The position numbers and the translations under genes were made by a program. The notes beneath the pieces were generated by a model. It ran no database searches and was not told the origin of the DNA. It was given only the letters and a program-made list of their open reading frames with translations. Below are positions 1 through 11,599 of a stretch of DNA of 64,000 bases, piece after piece. Position 1 is the stretch's first letter, and each line of letters begins with the position of its first letter. The DNA comes from Octopus sinensis (taxonomy: Eukaryota), in contig NC_042999.1 in NCBI RefSeq assembly GCF_006345805.1, positions 157,480,001 through 157,544,000 of the forward strand, read 5' to 3'.

Positions 1-166
1 CCATAGTGTCCTGAAAGAATATCAAAATAAAAGGATATTTAGGCAAGGAAACATTTTGCATCTAGTTTAGTTTAAACAGCTATGACTTTTTGTTACTTTT
101 ATATTATCTACTGAAGTTAACAGAAATTAAGAGGGTGGGCAGAAATATTCATAGGCTGACTTATTA

Positions 167-688
167 CCCAGGAAATCCTGGGACGAAGTGGTGAAGCATG
201 ACCTTCGAACTTTAGGTCTCACCGTGGAAATGACTAGAGACCGAGACCTTTGGAAGTATGCTGTGCGTGAGAAGACCCGTCAGGACAAGTGAGACCATAA
301 CCCGTGGCCTCTACCTGGGATGTAGCCAGTCCACTTAAGCATACCTTTCCTTCTTGGGACACAAAAATCTACTTGAGGCAAGTGAAAATCAAAATCAAAA
401 TCAGAATTGAAATCGATCAACATCAATGGAACTGCAGCTGTGATACCAGCTGTGGCACGTAAAAAGCAACATCCAATCGTGGCCGTTTGCCAGCCTCGTC
501 TGGCACCTGTGCTGGTGGCACGTAAAAGCACCCACTACACTCACGGAGTGGTTGGCTTTAGGAAGGACATCCAGCCGTAGAAACATTGCCAGATCAGACT
601 GGGCCTGGTGCAGCCTTCTGGCTTCCCAGACCCCAGTTGAACCGTCCAACCCATGCTAGCATGGAAAGTGGATAAACGATGATAATGA
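167..688 (+). mobile_element. 5'-truncated RTE-clade LINE (ORF end plus 3' UTR, (atg)n tail)
   Basis: Encodes ..WDEVVKHDLRTLGL..RDLWKYAVREKTRQD, matching the copy at about 7000-7100. Confidence 0.85.
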
Positions 689-710
689 CTATGAAAGAGT
701 GATGCTAGAG

Positions 711-974
711 TTCATTAGTACATCGTCCTTTCCCTAAATTACTATTATTAGTTACCCTATTGTTGACCTTATTTATTATACATTTAATATACCCCTATTT
801 ATAGAGGCTATTGCCCAGTACGAAAATATTACATTATTTTTGTACTCAGCAATGCCCAATTTAGGAATAATAATAGCTTCTATAAATAGGGGTAAAATTA
901 AACATATAATGAATAAGGTCAACAATAGGGTAACTAACAATGAAAATTTAGGGAAAGGACTAAGTACTAATGAA
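711..974. repeat. Foldback inverted repeat, ~102-bp arms (711-812 / 872-974)
   Basis: The arms align as reverse complements with about 11 mismatches and 1 indel by eye. Confidence 0.9.
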
Positions 975-999
975 ATTAAGGATATAGCTAAAAACAAAC

Positions 1000-1308
1000 A
1001 GATTGGGTTTATTTACATTTGTGAAGAAAAAAGATACCCTTCCCCCACCCCTAACCCTAACTAACCCAATCTGTTTCTTAAAGGAGGGACATATTCATTA
1101 TGCACAGAATGTTATTTACCTAAATGGACGTCAGCGATTGGTTAAAATTGCCAAAATGCTCAAAATATCTTACAACCTATAGAATTTTCTCAATAAAGCC
1201 AAGCGAAAATGATGTTTTATAAACACATTCTACCAGTATACGAAGTTTAAAACTTTTTAGTTACCTAGAAATTATGTTACAAAGTGCCGTTCAAAAGGAA
1301 AAGATCCC
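1000..1308. mobile_element. Partial GGATC-TIR MITE
   Basis: Shares body and right TIR (gccgttcaaaaggaaaagatcc) with the copies at 9772, 39643, 41542, 44158 and 59474. Confidence 0.8.
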
Positions 1309-1440
1309 TAGCTCAATGTAATAAATAATAATAAACAAACTTTAATGAATTTAAAACCAGGTACCACATCCCAATCTAATGATATTAATAATGCTGGCAA
1401 TATAAAAAAGAACAATAACAGTAGGTTGCCACTGAATAAA

Positions 1441-1785
1441 ATTTGTAACTGCAGAGCCTTCAAAACCTGTCCGCTTGCAGGATCACATCTTTAATACAAT
1501 GTGTATAAATGTATAGTTAGCGCACCCAATAGACAAAACAAGATATATATAGGTAGTACAACAGATTTCAAAAGGAGATATAGGGCTCATCTGAATTCCT
1601 TTCCAAACCCTAAGTATAAGAATTCCACCACCTTAGTGGCATATATAAATAAACTTAGGGATAGTAACTTGCCTTATGACCTGACATGGTCCATAATTGT
1701 GAGGGCTCCCCCATATGCTGATGGTTCTGATAGGTGTACATTGTGTGTAAGGGGATCGTATCTAATCCTTAAATTATACAACGTT
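1441..1785 (+). mobile_element. Penelope-like element GIY-YIG endonuclease remnant
   Basis: CNCR..CPL.G..VYKC..IYIGSTT.FKRRY..H..WSII..CTLC, with an in-frame TAA upstream of VYK. Confidence 0.8.
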
Positions 1786-1985
1786 GGCCGTCTGCCACCT
1801 GTGCGGGTGGCACGTAAAAAGCACCCACTAAACTCACGGAGTGGTTGGCGTTAGGAAGGGCATCCAGCCGTAGAAACACTGCCAGATCAGACTGGACCTG
1901 ATGCAGCCTTCTGGCTTCACAGACCCCAGTTGAACCGTCCAACCCATGCTAGCATGGAAAGCGGACGCTAAATGATGATGATGAT
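1785..1985 (+). mobile_element. RTE LINE 3' tail copy
   Basis: ggcgttaggaagggcatccagcc...ggacgctaaatgatgatg. Confidence 0.85.
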
Positions 1986-2789
1986 ATGTTAAATAAGTTT
2001 TCAGACACAATCCCCTCCTGTAGCCATATATTTCACTCTACATTTCTAAAAACCTATAAAATTAGATCTACTCGGAAATTGAATTAGAATAATGTTTGTA
2101 GTTACAATTACGATTCCCCAGTATTTGCATTCTTCCACTCATAGCAAACATGTGATCATTTGCTTACAAGCTGTAAAACATTTTATTAGGAACTCTTGAT
2201 TCTGTTTTATCAGTATGACGCCCACCATTCTTTCTCGTGAGTTGTTTTATTGTGATACTGATTGTTTTATTTTGAACACTTTGTAGATGCCTTGTTTTAT
2301 TTGTTATACTGCCTTGCAACAATTGTTAAATTTATTGTTGGTTTCACTGTCTACATGGAAGTATTTGTTTTTTATTCCCCTGTGTGGTGATAAGCAAATT
2401 GAAAATGTTGAAAATATTATGTTGGAAACAGAAGACAATTCAAGTGCGACAGAAGGTTCACCAATGACATCTCAGGAAGAATTCCCAAGTCTCCCGTTTG
2501 GGACCCCAAAAAACAGAGAGTATTGTAGCGAAAAGAATCACAGACATACCATGTCTACAAAAAGAAAATAACAAGAAAAAAAGTTTTGCATCAGCAGCCG
2601 GGAATAGAACCCGACAACTCACAACAGAAAAAGAAGGGCTCCAAAAGAATAAAACAATGCTACAAAAAGAAGGAAACACAGTGAAAGTGGAAACCCCAGA
2701 AAAATTGCTAAAAGGAAGAAAAAGGAAATTAAAAGGCATTCTGTGATTATGGCTTTGAAGGCTATGCATGGTCATTTATAAATTTCTCG

Positions 2790-3285
2790 TTTTCTGAAAG
2801 TTAAAGATCTTCTGTCCACAAGATTTGGTGTGAAACAGAGAAAGAAGATGGAAGCATATTACCTGCATCAAAACCTACAATACATTCCAAATGCTCCAAT
2901 TGTATCAGGACACCTGAATTTAATCAGGAAGTCAAGCAAAACTTTGAAGACAATCTAGGAAAACCAATGAGGTCAATTGCAAAAAGGTTTCCTGTGTCAG
3001 AAAAAACAATCAGAGATGTTGTGCATGAAGACATCAGATACAAATCTTACGTGATGAGGAGAGGTTAATTCATGTCAGAAAAAAAAAAAAAGACTTCTGA
3101 ACAAACTTAAAAATCCATCAGAAGATGGAATGATTTGATTTTTCTTAAATAAGAAAAACTTTGACCAGGACCAGAAAACTAACAGAAGAAATGACAGATG
3201 GCTACGTGCAGACCCTTCGAAGGTTCCAAGAGTAATGCACACAAAATTTCCTGCAAGTGTCATGGTTTTGGGTGTTGTTAGCCAC
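2790..3285 (+). mobile_element. Tc1/mariner (maT/DD37D-like) transposase fragment
   Basis: Decayed HEDIRYKSYVMRRG..., EKNFDQDQK.N.RNDRWL, MHTKFPASVMVLGVVS. Confidence 0.75.
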
Positions 3286-3499
3286 TTGCTGCGTACATTG
3301 AGGTTCTAGATATATAACATTATAATGACCAACCACATACGTATAAGTGATAGAAACACACACCACATATACACTCTCCTAGTGTGATTTGAGAGTTTAC
3401 TGTTTTACACAATAAAAAAAAATATTAGGAAAAACCTCATAAAATATTAAAAGTTGTGTGTGTGTGATTTTTTTTTTGTGTGTAAGGAAACATACTTAC

Positions 3500-3664
3500 A
3501 GTTAACTGACCAGCAACACCAAAATCAGCAAGTTTAGCTTGGCCTTCATTGTTTAATAGTATATTTCCAGCTTTAATATCTCTGTGTATTTTTCGTCTTG
3601 AATGTAGGTAATCCAATCCTTTTAATGTGTATGATAATATTGTGGCAATTTCGAGTTCATTCAA
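3500..3664 (-). CDS. STK3: STK3/4 exon 5: [55 protein letters not shown]
   Basis: ccgtag acceptor and gtaagt donor; 165 nt. HRD and DFG motifs intact. Later exons lie beyond the left edge. Confidence 0.97.
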
Positions 3665-4229
3665 CTACGGAAAAGTAAAACACATTTACATCAATTAATT
3701 TTTTTTAATAAACTACCTCTGACTGAAGTTAATATATTACACAAAATATAAACTGGAAAAAAAAAAGAAAGGAAATGAGATCTAAATAAAATCTAAGGTC
3801 AACTTTAGGGTTTACATAAATGTCTATCCCTACAAGCACACATATATGGTTCGTACATCTCTCCTCCACATGCACACACAAATACACTGCATAATGCAGG
3901 TTTTGTTGTTTAGGCCTCTGAAAGAAAATGTGCAGCTAAAATCTAAACTAAGTGCAAGAGTAAATTATTAAAATTATCCCTCTAATTTTTCAGACTAACT
4001 AAACTATTGAGGCGTCAACAGAATTTACAGCTTATATAAAGACTTCATCACACAGAACATAACAATGATTGATATAGAGACTTCAGATGCTTTCAAAAAC
4101 TAGATTTATTTTCAACCATTATTTCATTTTAAAATACTGTTTTACCCTACCTTTAGTATTCAAGTAATACTTTCCGCTCCTTTATTCACACTTATGTGTG
4201 TGTTTGTGTGTGTGTATGGTAAATGAAAG

Positions 4230-4420
4230 ACAGAATATGGGAGATACAAGAATTTTTATTAATCACTACTACTGTTTCAATACATCTAGTATTGATCTCT
4301 AATGGGTGGGTTACTTAACAACAGGTTCAGGAGCATCCGATTGTGCAGATGTATCTCTTCACATGATAGATAGATATAACTTGTTAAAATAGCAGTTCCA
4401 CAATGCATCTTCTCATTTCA
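4230..4420 (-). repeat. ~190-bp repeat, inverted partner of 8105-8290; probable Penelope pseudo-LTR
   Basis: Its reverse complement aligns to 8105-8290. It lies just upstream of a GIY-YIG remnant. Confidence 0.6.
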
Positions 4421-4603
4421 TTTGCTGGATCTAGCAAACATACACATCTGAATACCAGTGAAGGAGATGTAAATCACAATGAAAAGCACTAAATATGGTC
4501 AAATTGTGACAGTAGAAATGATTGTGATATAGCTAATACGGTAACAACATCGCAAAATGAAGTCAGAACTGCCATATATACAAATAAATATAATAAATGC
4601 TCA

Positions 4604-4965
4604 AGCAGAGAAAAATCAAAATGCCCATTGATGAACCTCTGTATGAGTACAAATCTTGTATATAAATGTACCGTGCACAGAAGGGGAGGGCCATATGTTT
4701 ACATTGGGCAAACTGTTGATTTATTTAAGAATTGTTATCGCAACCATGTCACCAGCTTCAAGAGTATCAATAAGAGACATTCAACATGTTTTACTGATTT
4801 TGTGTGGGGACTGAAGATGAAATTAAGTATAACATAATTTGGTCCATAGTAAGCATGCAAAACCATATAATATCATTTCCAGGAGATGTTGACTCAGCTC
4901 TGAGGAATCTCTGTCTTTCTGTGGATCACTGAGAAGATCATTAATAGAATTTCTGAAACTCTCTC
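4604..4965 (+). mobile_element. Penelope-like GIY-YIG endonuclease remnant 2
   Basis: KCSSREKSKCPLMNLC..VYKC..VYIGQT..FKNCYRNH..WSIV, frameshifted downstream. Confidence 0.75.
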
Positions 4966-5354
4966 AAGATACCTACATGCATATAAATGTACTTTCACAC
5001 TGCTGTGGGAATGAATTTGAGTAACTGTTAACATAATTTACTGCAAGGTATGGATGAATTAAGTTTAGCTTTAACCTCCCCATTCTTATAAACGCCAAGC
5101 AGCTATTTAACTTGCTGTGTGAACGTGTGTGCACCAAACCACACGTGTGTGTCTATGCTCGCATCTTCGTGGATGCTTGTATGAGTGAGTGTACATGCAC
5201 CATGCAGCTTGTGCAAGGGCGTTTAAACATCCATATCCGTTAACGGTTATTTTTGATACGTTTCTTGCTGTATTGCATGTTTGTTTCTTTTTTGCATCTG
5301 TTATTTTATTATCGATCTATACAAACGAAGATATATCCTTTAATTTGCTGCTTT

Positions 5355-8090
5355 TCATCATCATCATCATCATCATTTAGCGTCCGTTTTCCATGCTAGC
5401 ATGGGTTGGACGGTTCAACTGGGGTCTGGGGAGCCTGAAGGCTGCACCAGGCCAGTCAGATCTGGCAGTGTTTCTACAGCTGGATGCCCTTCCTAACGCC
5501 AACCACTCCGAGAGTGTAGTGGGTGATTTTATGTGCCACCGACACAGGTGCCAGACGAGGCTGGCGAACGGCCACGCTCGGATGGTGTTTTTATGTGCCA
5601 CCGACACAGGTGCCAGACGAGGCTGGCAGACGGCCACGCTCGGATGGTGTTTTTATGTGCCACCGACACAGGTGCCAGATGAGGCTGGCGGACGGCCACG
5701 ATCGGATGGTGTTTGTTACGTCCCCAAAGCACGGAGGCCAGTCTATGCGGTACTGGCTACGGCCACGTTCGGATGATTTTCTTGTGTGCCACCGGCACTG
5801 GTACCACAAAGATACAAATTCCATTTATGTTCATCTATTTTGATTTGTTTTGATTTGATTTGATTTGATTTGATTTCACTTGCCTCAACAGGTCTTCACA
5901 AGTGTCACAAGAAGGAAGGTATGCATAGGTGGACTGTCTACGTCGCCGGGTCTTCGGATGGTGTCTTTATGTGCCACCGACACAGGTGCCAGATGTGGCT
6001 GGCGAACGGCCACGATCGGATGGTTTTCTTGTGTGCCACCGGTACTGGAACCACAAAGATACAATTCCATTGATGTTCATCTATTTTGATTTGGTTTGAT
6101 TTCACTTGCCTCAACAGGTCTTCACAAGTGTCACGCGTGTCACACACTTGCCTCAACAGGTCTCCACAAGTGTCACACACTTGCCTCTGCCTCAACAGGT
6201 CTTCACAAGTGTCACACACTGCCTCTGCCTCAACAGGTCTTCACAAGTGTCATAAGAGGGAAGGTATGCACGGGTGGACTGACTACGTCGCCGGGTCTTT
6301 GATGGTGTTTTTATGTGCCAACCGACACAGGTGCCAGGTGAGGCTGGCAACGGCGGCCACGATCAGATGGTGTTTGTTGTGCCCACAGCACGGAGGCCAG
6401 TCGACGGCCACGTTCGGATGGTTTTCTTGTGTGCCACCGTACTGGAACCACAAAGATACAAATTCCATTGATATTCATCTATTTTGATTTGGTTTATTTT
6501 CACTTGCCTCAACAGGTCTTCACAAGGGTCACACACTTGCCTCAACGGTCTCCACAAGTGTCACACACTTGCCTCTCTCCTCAACAGGTCTTCACAAGTG
6601 TACACACTTGCCTCAACAGTCTTCACAAGTGTCATAAGAGGGAAGGTATGCACAGGTCGACTGACTACGTCGCCGGGTCTTCGGATGGTGTCTTTATGTG
6701 CCACCGGCACAGGTGCCAGATGAGGCTGGCGAACGGCCACGATCGGATGGTGTGTGTTGTGCCCACAGCACGGAGGCCAGTCGATGCGGTACTGGTTACG
6801 GCCACGTTTGGGTGGTTTTCTGTGTGCCACCGGCACTGGTACCACAAAGAATACAATTCCACTGATGTTCATCTATTTTGATTTGTTTTGATTTGATTTG
6901 ATTTCACTTGCCTCAACAGGCTTCATAAGTGTCACAAGAAGGAAGGTAGGCACAGGACTGACTACGTCCCCGGTCGGGGCCACGGTTATGGCCTGACTAG
7001 TCTTGCCGGGTCTTCTCATGCACAGCATACTTCCATAGGTCTCGGTCTCTAGACATTTCCTTAGTGAGACCTAAAGTTCGAAGGTCGTGCTTCACCACCT
7101 CGTCCCAGGTTTTCCTGGGTCTACTACCTCTTCCACAGGTTCCCTCCACTGCTAGGGTGTAGCACTTTTGCACACAACTATCTTCAGCCTTTCTTGTCAC
7201 ATGACCATACCAGCGCAGCCGTCTCTCTTGCACGCCACAACTGACGCTTCTTAGGTTCAACAACTTTTCTCTCAAGACTTACACTCTGACGATTATGAAC
7301 ACTGACATTACACATCCATCGGAGCATACTGGCTTCATTTCTTGCGAGCTTACGCATATCCTCAGCAGTCACGGCCCATGTTTCACTACCATGTAGCATG
7401 GCTGTACGTACACATGCATCATACAGTCTGCCTTTTACTCTGAGCGAGAGGCCTTTTGTCACCATCAGCAGGGTAAGAGCTCTCTAAACTTTGCCCAGGC
7501 TATTCTTACTCTAGCAGTTACACTTTCAGCACACCACCCCCCCGCTACTGACTTGGTCTCCTAGGTAGCGGAAGCTATCAACTACTTCTAGTTTGTCTCC
7601 CTGGAACGTGGCAGAAGTTGGTCTCTGCATATTTCCAGTGTTTATTGCTCCTGAGCATTTGCCACAGACAAAAACTATTTTCCTAGTTAGCCTTCCTTTG
7701 ACATTGCTGCACCTCTTATGTGTCCATAGCTTACACTTGGTGCATCTTATAGAGTTTCTACCTACACCTTTTTACAGATCGAGCAGGGCCATCTACCTGA
7801 AGGCGTTGTGATTGATCTACCTTCCTACTTATTAGAACTTTGGTTTTGGCTAGGTTGATTCTAAGGCCTTCGATTCTAATCCTTGTTTCCACACCTGAAA
7901 CTTCTCCTCCAGTTCTGATAGTGACTCAGCAATTAGAGCAAGGTCATCAGCATAGAGGGCTCCCAGGGGCAACCTGTCTTGAATTCCTCCGTTATTGCCT
8001 GGGGACTATGATAAATAGGAGGGGACTGAGGACTGAACCTTGGTGGACCCCAACCTCTACCCGGAATTCTTCACTGTACTCGTTGCCAAT
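5355..8090 (-). mobile_element. RTE LINE: RT/C-terminal region plus 1.6-kb tandemly expanded 3' UTR
   Basis: ORFs LYDACVRTAMLHGSETW, RRLRWYGHV, GRPRKTW; (cat)n tail at 5355. Confidence 0.9.
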
Positions 8091-8104
8091 ATCTTTTCTT
8101 TACA

Positions 8105-8290
8105 TGAAATGAGAAGATACATTGCAGAACTGCTATTTTAATGAGATATCTATTTATCACTTGAAGAGACACATCTACACCGTCAGATGCTTTTGAACCA
8201 GTTGTTAAGAATCCTACTCATGAGGAATCAATGGTAGAGGTGTCGAAACAATTGCAGTGATTAATAAAAATTCTCATATCTTCCATCTAC
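8105..8290 (+). repeat. ~190-bp repeat, inverted partner of 4230-4420
   Basis: Direct alignment by eye, clearly diverged. Confidence 0.6.
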
Positions 8291-8680
8291 ATAACAAACA
8301 CTGAAAGTGACCATGCTTTACCAGAAAGCTACCAGGTATAAACATTTATTTTATTATCTAATATATATATATATATATAGTACAAAGTAAGATAGGGGTT
8401 ATGAGGGTAACCCACTATGGGATATCAGTTATCCTATATACTGCTGGGGAAGCACCTAAATACTAAATACATAAATGCTTATAATTGCAATGCAATTAAT
8501 TCATTTATTGTATTGGATGGGTGAAGGTAAAGGAATATTTTACCATAAATTCATAATACAAATAAGAAAATGGAGGAACAAATTCATTCCGATCATCAAC
8601 TTACAGATATTACCATTTCATATTATTTATTAACTATATAAATAGGAACATCCAAATCGAACAAAACAATATACATTATA

Positions 8681-8720
<40 letters not shown>

Positions 8721-8815
8721 TATAAACCTCTAAATTACAGAACAGAGCTAATGCACCACAACTTCTTTACGATTATAATAGGAAATCTCCAAATGAGATA
8801 AAGTAAAACACTTAC

Positions 8816-8878
8816 AGTTTTGTTCCGTAACCGCATTATGTCAGAAACAGAACCAGCACCACAATATTCCATGACAAT
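8816..8878 (-). CDS. STK3: STK3/4 exon 4: IVMEYCGAGSVSDIMRLRNKT
   Basis: tgcag...gtaagt; 63 nt, phase 0/0. Read manually (too short for the ORF track). Confidence 0.95.
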
Positions 8879-8959
8879 CTGCAAAAAATAATTCACTTAA
8901 ATACTATCTTGCTTAAGTAAAATAGTAATATATTTCATAAAATAATAAATAAATAAATG

Positions 8960-9205
8960 CACCCTTTTTAAAGCCTAGTCAGGCTAATGGAGCCCGGTTT
9001 CCCAGTTTCTATGGCATATGTGTTCCCCAGCTGGATGGGACGCCAGTCCATCACAGCGTTACTCATTTTTGCCAGCTGAGTGGACTGGAGCAATGTGAAA
9101 TGAAGTGTTTTGCTCAAGGACACAACACGTTGCCCAGTCCAGGAATCAAAACCACAATCTTACGATCACAATGCTGACACCCTAACCACTAAGACACGTA
9201 CCTCC
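8960..9205 (-). mobile_element. tRNA-derived SINE (family C)
   Basis: Minus-strand tRNA-like head, followed by the gtgtccttgagcaaaacactt central domain. Confidence 0.7.
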
Positions 9206-9771
9206 ACCATATATTTCATTCGGCCAATCAAACTGATACTGAAATAGGGAGAATATGTAGATACTTTATAAGTAAATATCTCTGCATAGTTCACTTTTGT
9301 ATCATGAATATATTGGCAGAAAAATAGTAATCAGGGATTCTGAGAAAGTTCCTAACCTTCTATAAAATGAGTGATTTATCTCTTATCTGCACACTGAAGA
9401 AATGGGCAGTGGTCTTAGGAAGCCCTGTATTTAATAAGTTTAACTGTAAGCATAAAATTCTTCAATTTTTTTTGTCATGGCTCCACCTACTAAGAAGCAG
9501 TTGCACCAATTTCTGCTTCATCTAACTGCAATATACAAGAACCACATGACATAACATAGACAACCGTGTGGTTTTGAATTTACTCTGGATCTTCTCTCTT
9601 CAGGTTTTAACTGCTAAGAATTCTTTCACTACCATAAAATGGAGTAGAAATACACATCAGTTTGAGTACCTCTAAGCTCAAATATTTTCCACCCATGAGT
9701 AACTATTTCAATGTCTGTCAAATTACCTTTTGTTTAGTAGGTAATTTCAGTTAAATAGATGAACACAAAAA

Positions 9772-10570
9772 GGATCTTTTCGGTTTGAATAGCAGTTTTT
9801 AACATAATTTCTAGGTAACTAAAAAATTTTAAACTTCGTATAGTGGTAGAATGTGTTTATAAAACATCTTTTTCTCTTGGCTTTGAGAAAATTCTGTAGT
9901 TTGTAACATATTTTGTCTAATTTCTCGCATTTCGGCAATTTTAACCAATCAATTACGTCCAATGAGGTAAACAACATTCTGTGCCGTATGAACAAGTCCC
10001 TCGTTTAAGAAACAGATTGGGTTTATTTACATTTGTGAAGAAAAAAAGATACCCTTCCCCCACCCCTAACCAACCCTAAATCTAAAATAGATTGAAATGC
10101 AATAGATCGATTCTAGGATCATAATTATGGGTGACAATTTCATATGACACTGCTAGAAAAAACTGCCATTTTCTCTAGCGGTGTCATATGAAATCGTCAC
10201 CCATAATTATGACCCTAGTATCGATCTATTGCATTTCAATCTATTTTAGATTTACGGTTAGTTAGGGTTAGGGGTGGGGGAAGGGTATCTTTTTTTCTTC
10301 ACAAATGTAAATAAACCCAATCTGTTTCTTAAACGAGGGACATATTCATACAGCACAGAATGCTTTCACCTCACTAGACTGTCATTGATTGGTTAAAATT
10401 GCTGAAATGCAAGAAATTAAAGACGAAATATGTTATAATCTATAGAATTTTCTCAATAAAGCCAAGAGAAAATGATGTTTTATAAACACATTCTACCAGT
10501 ATATGAAGTTTAACATTTTTTAGTTACCTAGAAATTATGTTAAAAACTGCCGTTCAAACCGAAAAGATCC
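9772..10570. mobile_element. Head-to-head dimer of the GGATC-TIR MITE forming an ~800-bp foldback
   Basis: Two inverted MITE bodies with the inner TIRs lost. The 8-bp TSD cacaaaaa sits at 9764-9771 and 10571-10578. Confidence 0.9.
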
Positions 10571-10620
10571 CACAAAAATATGCTGAAGCACAGAAAAAAA
10601 ACAAATCTTTTTTAAAATTG

Positions 10621-10651
<31 letters not shown>

Positions 10652-10815
10652 TGTTCATCAAAAGATTCAAGATATCATTTTCCAGTGATTCTTCTGCAAG
10701 ACTAACTATAAATGATATCTTTTATCTTTATAACAATTCGAAAAGAAAATAAAGAGAAAAAAAAAGGTCTGGTAAAGTTTCTTTTCTCTTAAATAAAATA
10801 AAGGGAAATACAAAC

Positions 10816-10996
10816 CAGAAGATCTGTGTTCTTGAAGTAGCTACCATAATACTTCACAATGAATTGACTATCACACTGTTGCATTATGGATATCTCTTTT
10901 ATAATTTCTTGGAGGTCTGTGTCCACAGGTACTTTTTTAATGGCCAATACAGACCCAGATTCCTTGTGTAAAGCCTTGTACACACTGCCATAGGAC
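10816..10996 (-). CDS. STK3: STK3/4 exon 3: SYGSVYKALHKESGSVLAIKKVPVDTDLQEIIKEISIMQQCDSQFIVKYYGSYFKNTDLL
   Basis: tgcag acceptor and gtttgt donor; 181 nt. Kinase subdomains I-IV, recognisably MST1/2. Confidence 0.95.
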
Positions 10997-11169
10997 CTGC
11001 ACAAAATACATATTTTTGCAACTTTCATTTGTCAAAATGTTTATATACATCTTTGATAATATCAAATAAAACACAATGTAAAACAGACAAAAATTGTCAA
11101 TATTTTTCAATATTTTTCGATTCTTGCTCATTCGAGCACTCACTTTCTCACGCCCTCCATCCATCCTAT

Positions 11170-11397
11170 TTATTTACTACCCAAAAGGGGCTAAACACAG
11201 AGGGGACAAACAAGGACAGACAAACGGATTAAGTCGATTACATCGACCCCAGTGCGTAACTGGTGCTTAATTTATCGACCCCGAAAGGATGAAAGGCAAA
11301 GTCGACCTCGGCGGAATTTGAACTCAGAACGTAACGGCAGACGAAATACCGCTAAGCATTTCGTCCGGCGTGCTAACGTTTCTGCCAGCTCGCCGCC
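11170..11397 (-). mobile_element. tRNA-derived SINE family B
   Basis: gagctggcagaaacgttagcac...gactttgcctttcatcctttcggggtcgat core, resembling a Meta-type central domain (from memory). Confidence 0.85.
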
Positions 11398-11599
11398 TTC
11401 CGTCAGTTGGTTGGCCACCCGCCACCAACTGCCATGTTATAATTATATTAACGATTATAATGAGGTTCACATAAGTACATGCATACACGTATACAGTAAG
11501 CTGGCAGGCACACACACTCAAAAATATGGATTCAGAGAGGAGAAACCTCTACACACAGAACAGGTGTACGGCTAGCAACGGAGAAAGTCATGTACATTT

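Noticed and set aside
2400-2750. Lys-rich ORFs (KKSFASAAGNR...)
   Set aside because: May be a LINE ORF1 fragment, but it is frameshifted with no diagnostic motif and no splice signals fitting STK3.
5393-6881. Repetitive ORFs and a CRISPR-like appearance of the repeats
   Set aside because: These are tandem subrepeats of the RTE 3' UTR with no unique spacers and no cas genes, in a eukaryotic context.
10060-10275. taaccctaa / ttagggtta telomere-like words
   Set aside because: Only 1-3 copies, fixed inside the MITE body. Not an interstitial telomere array.
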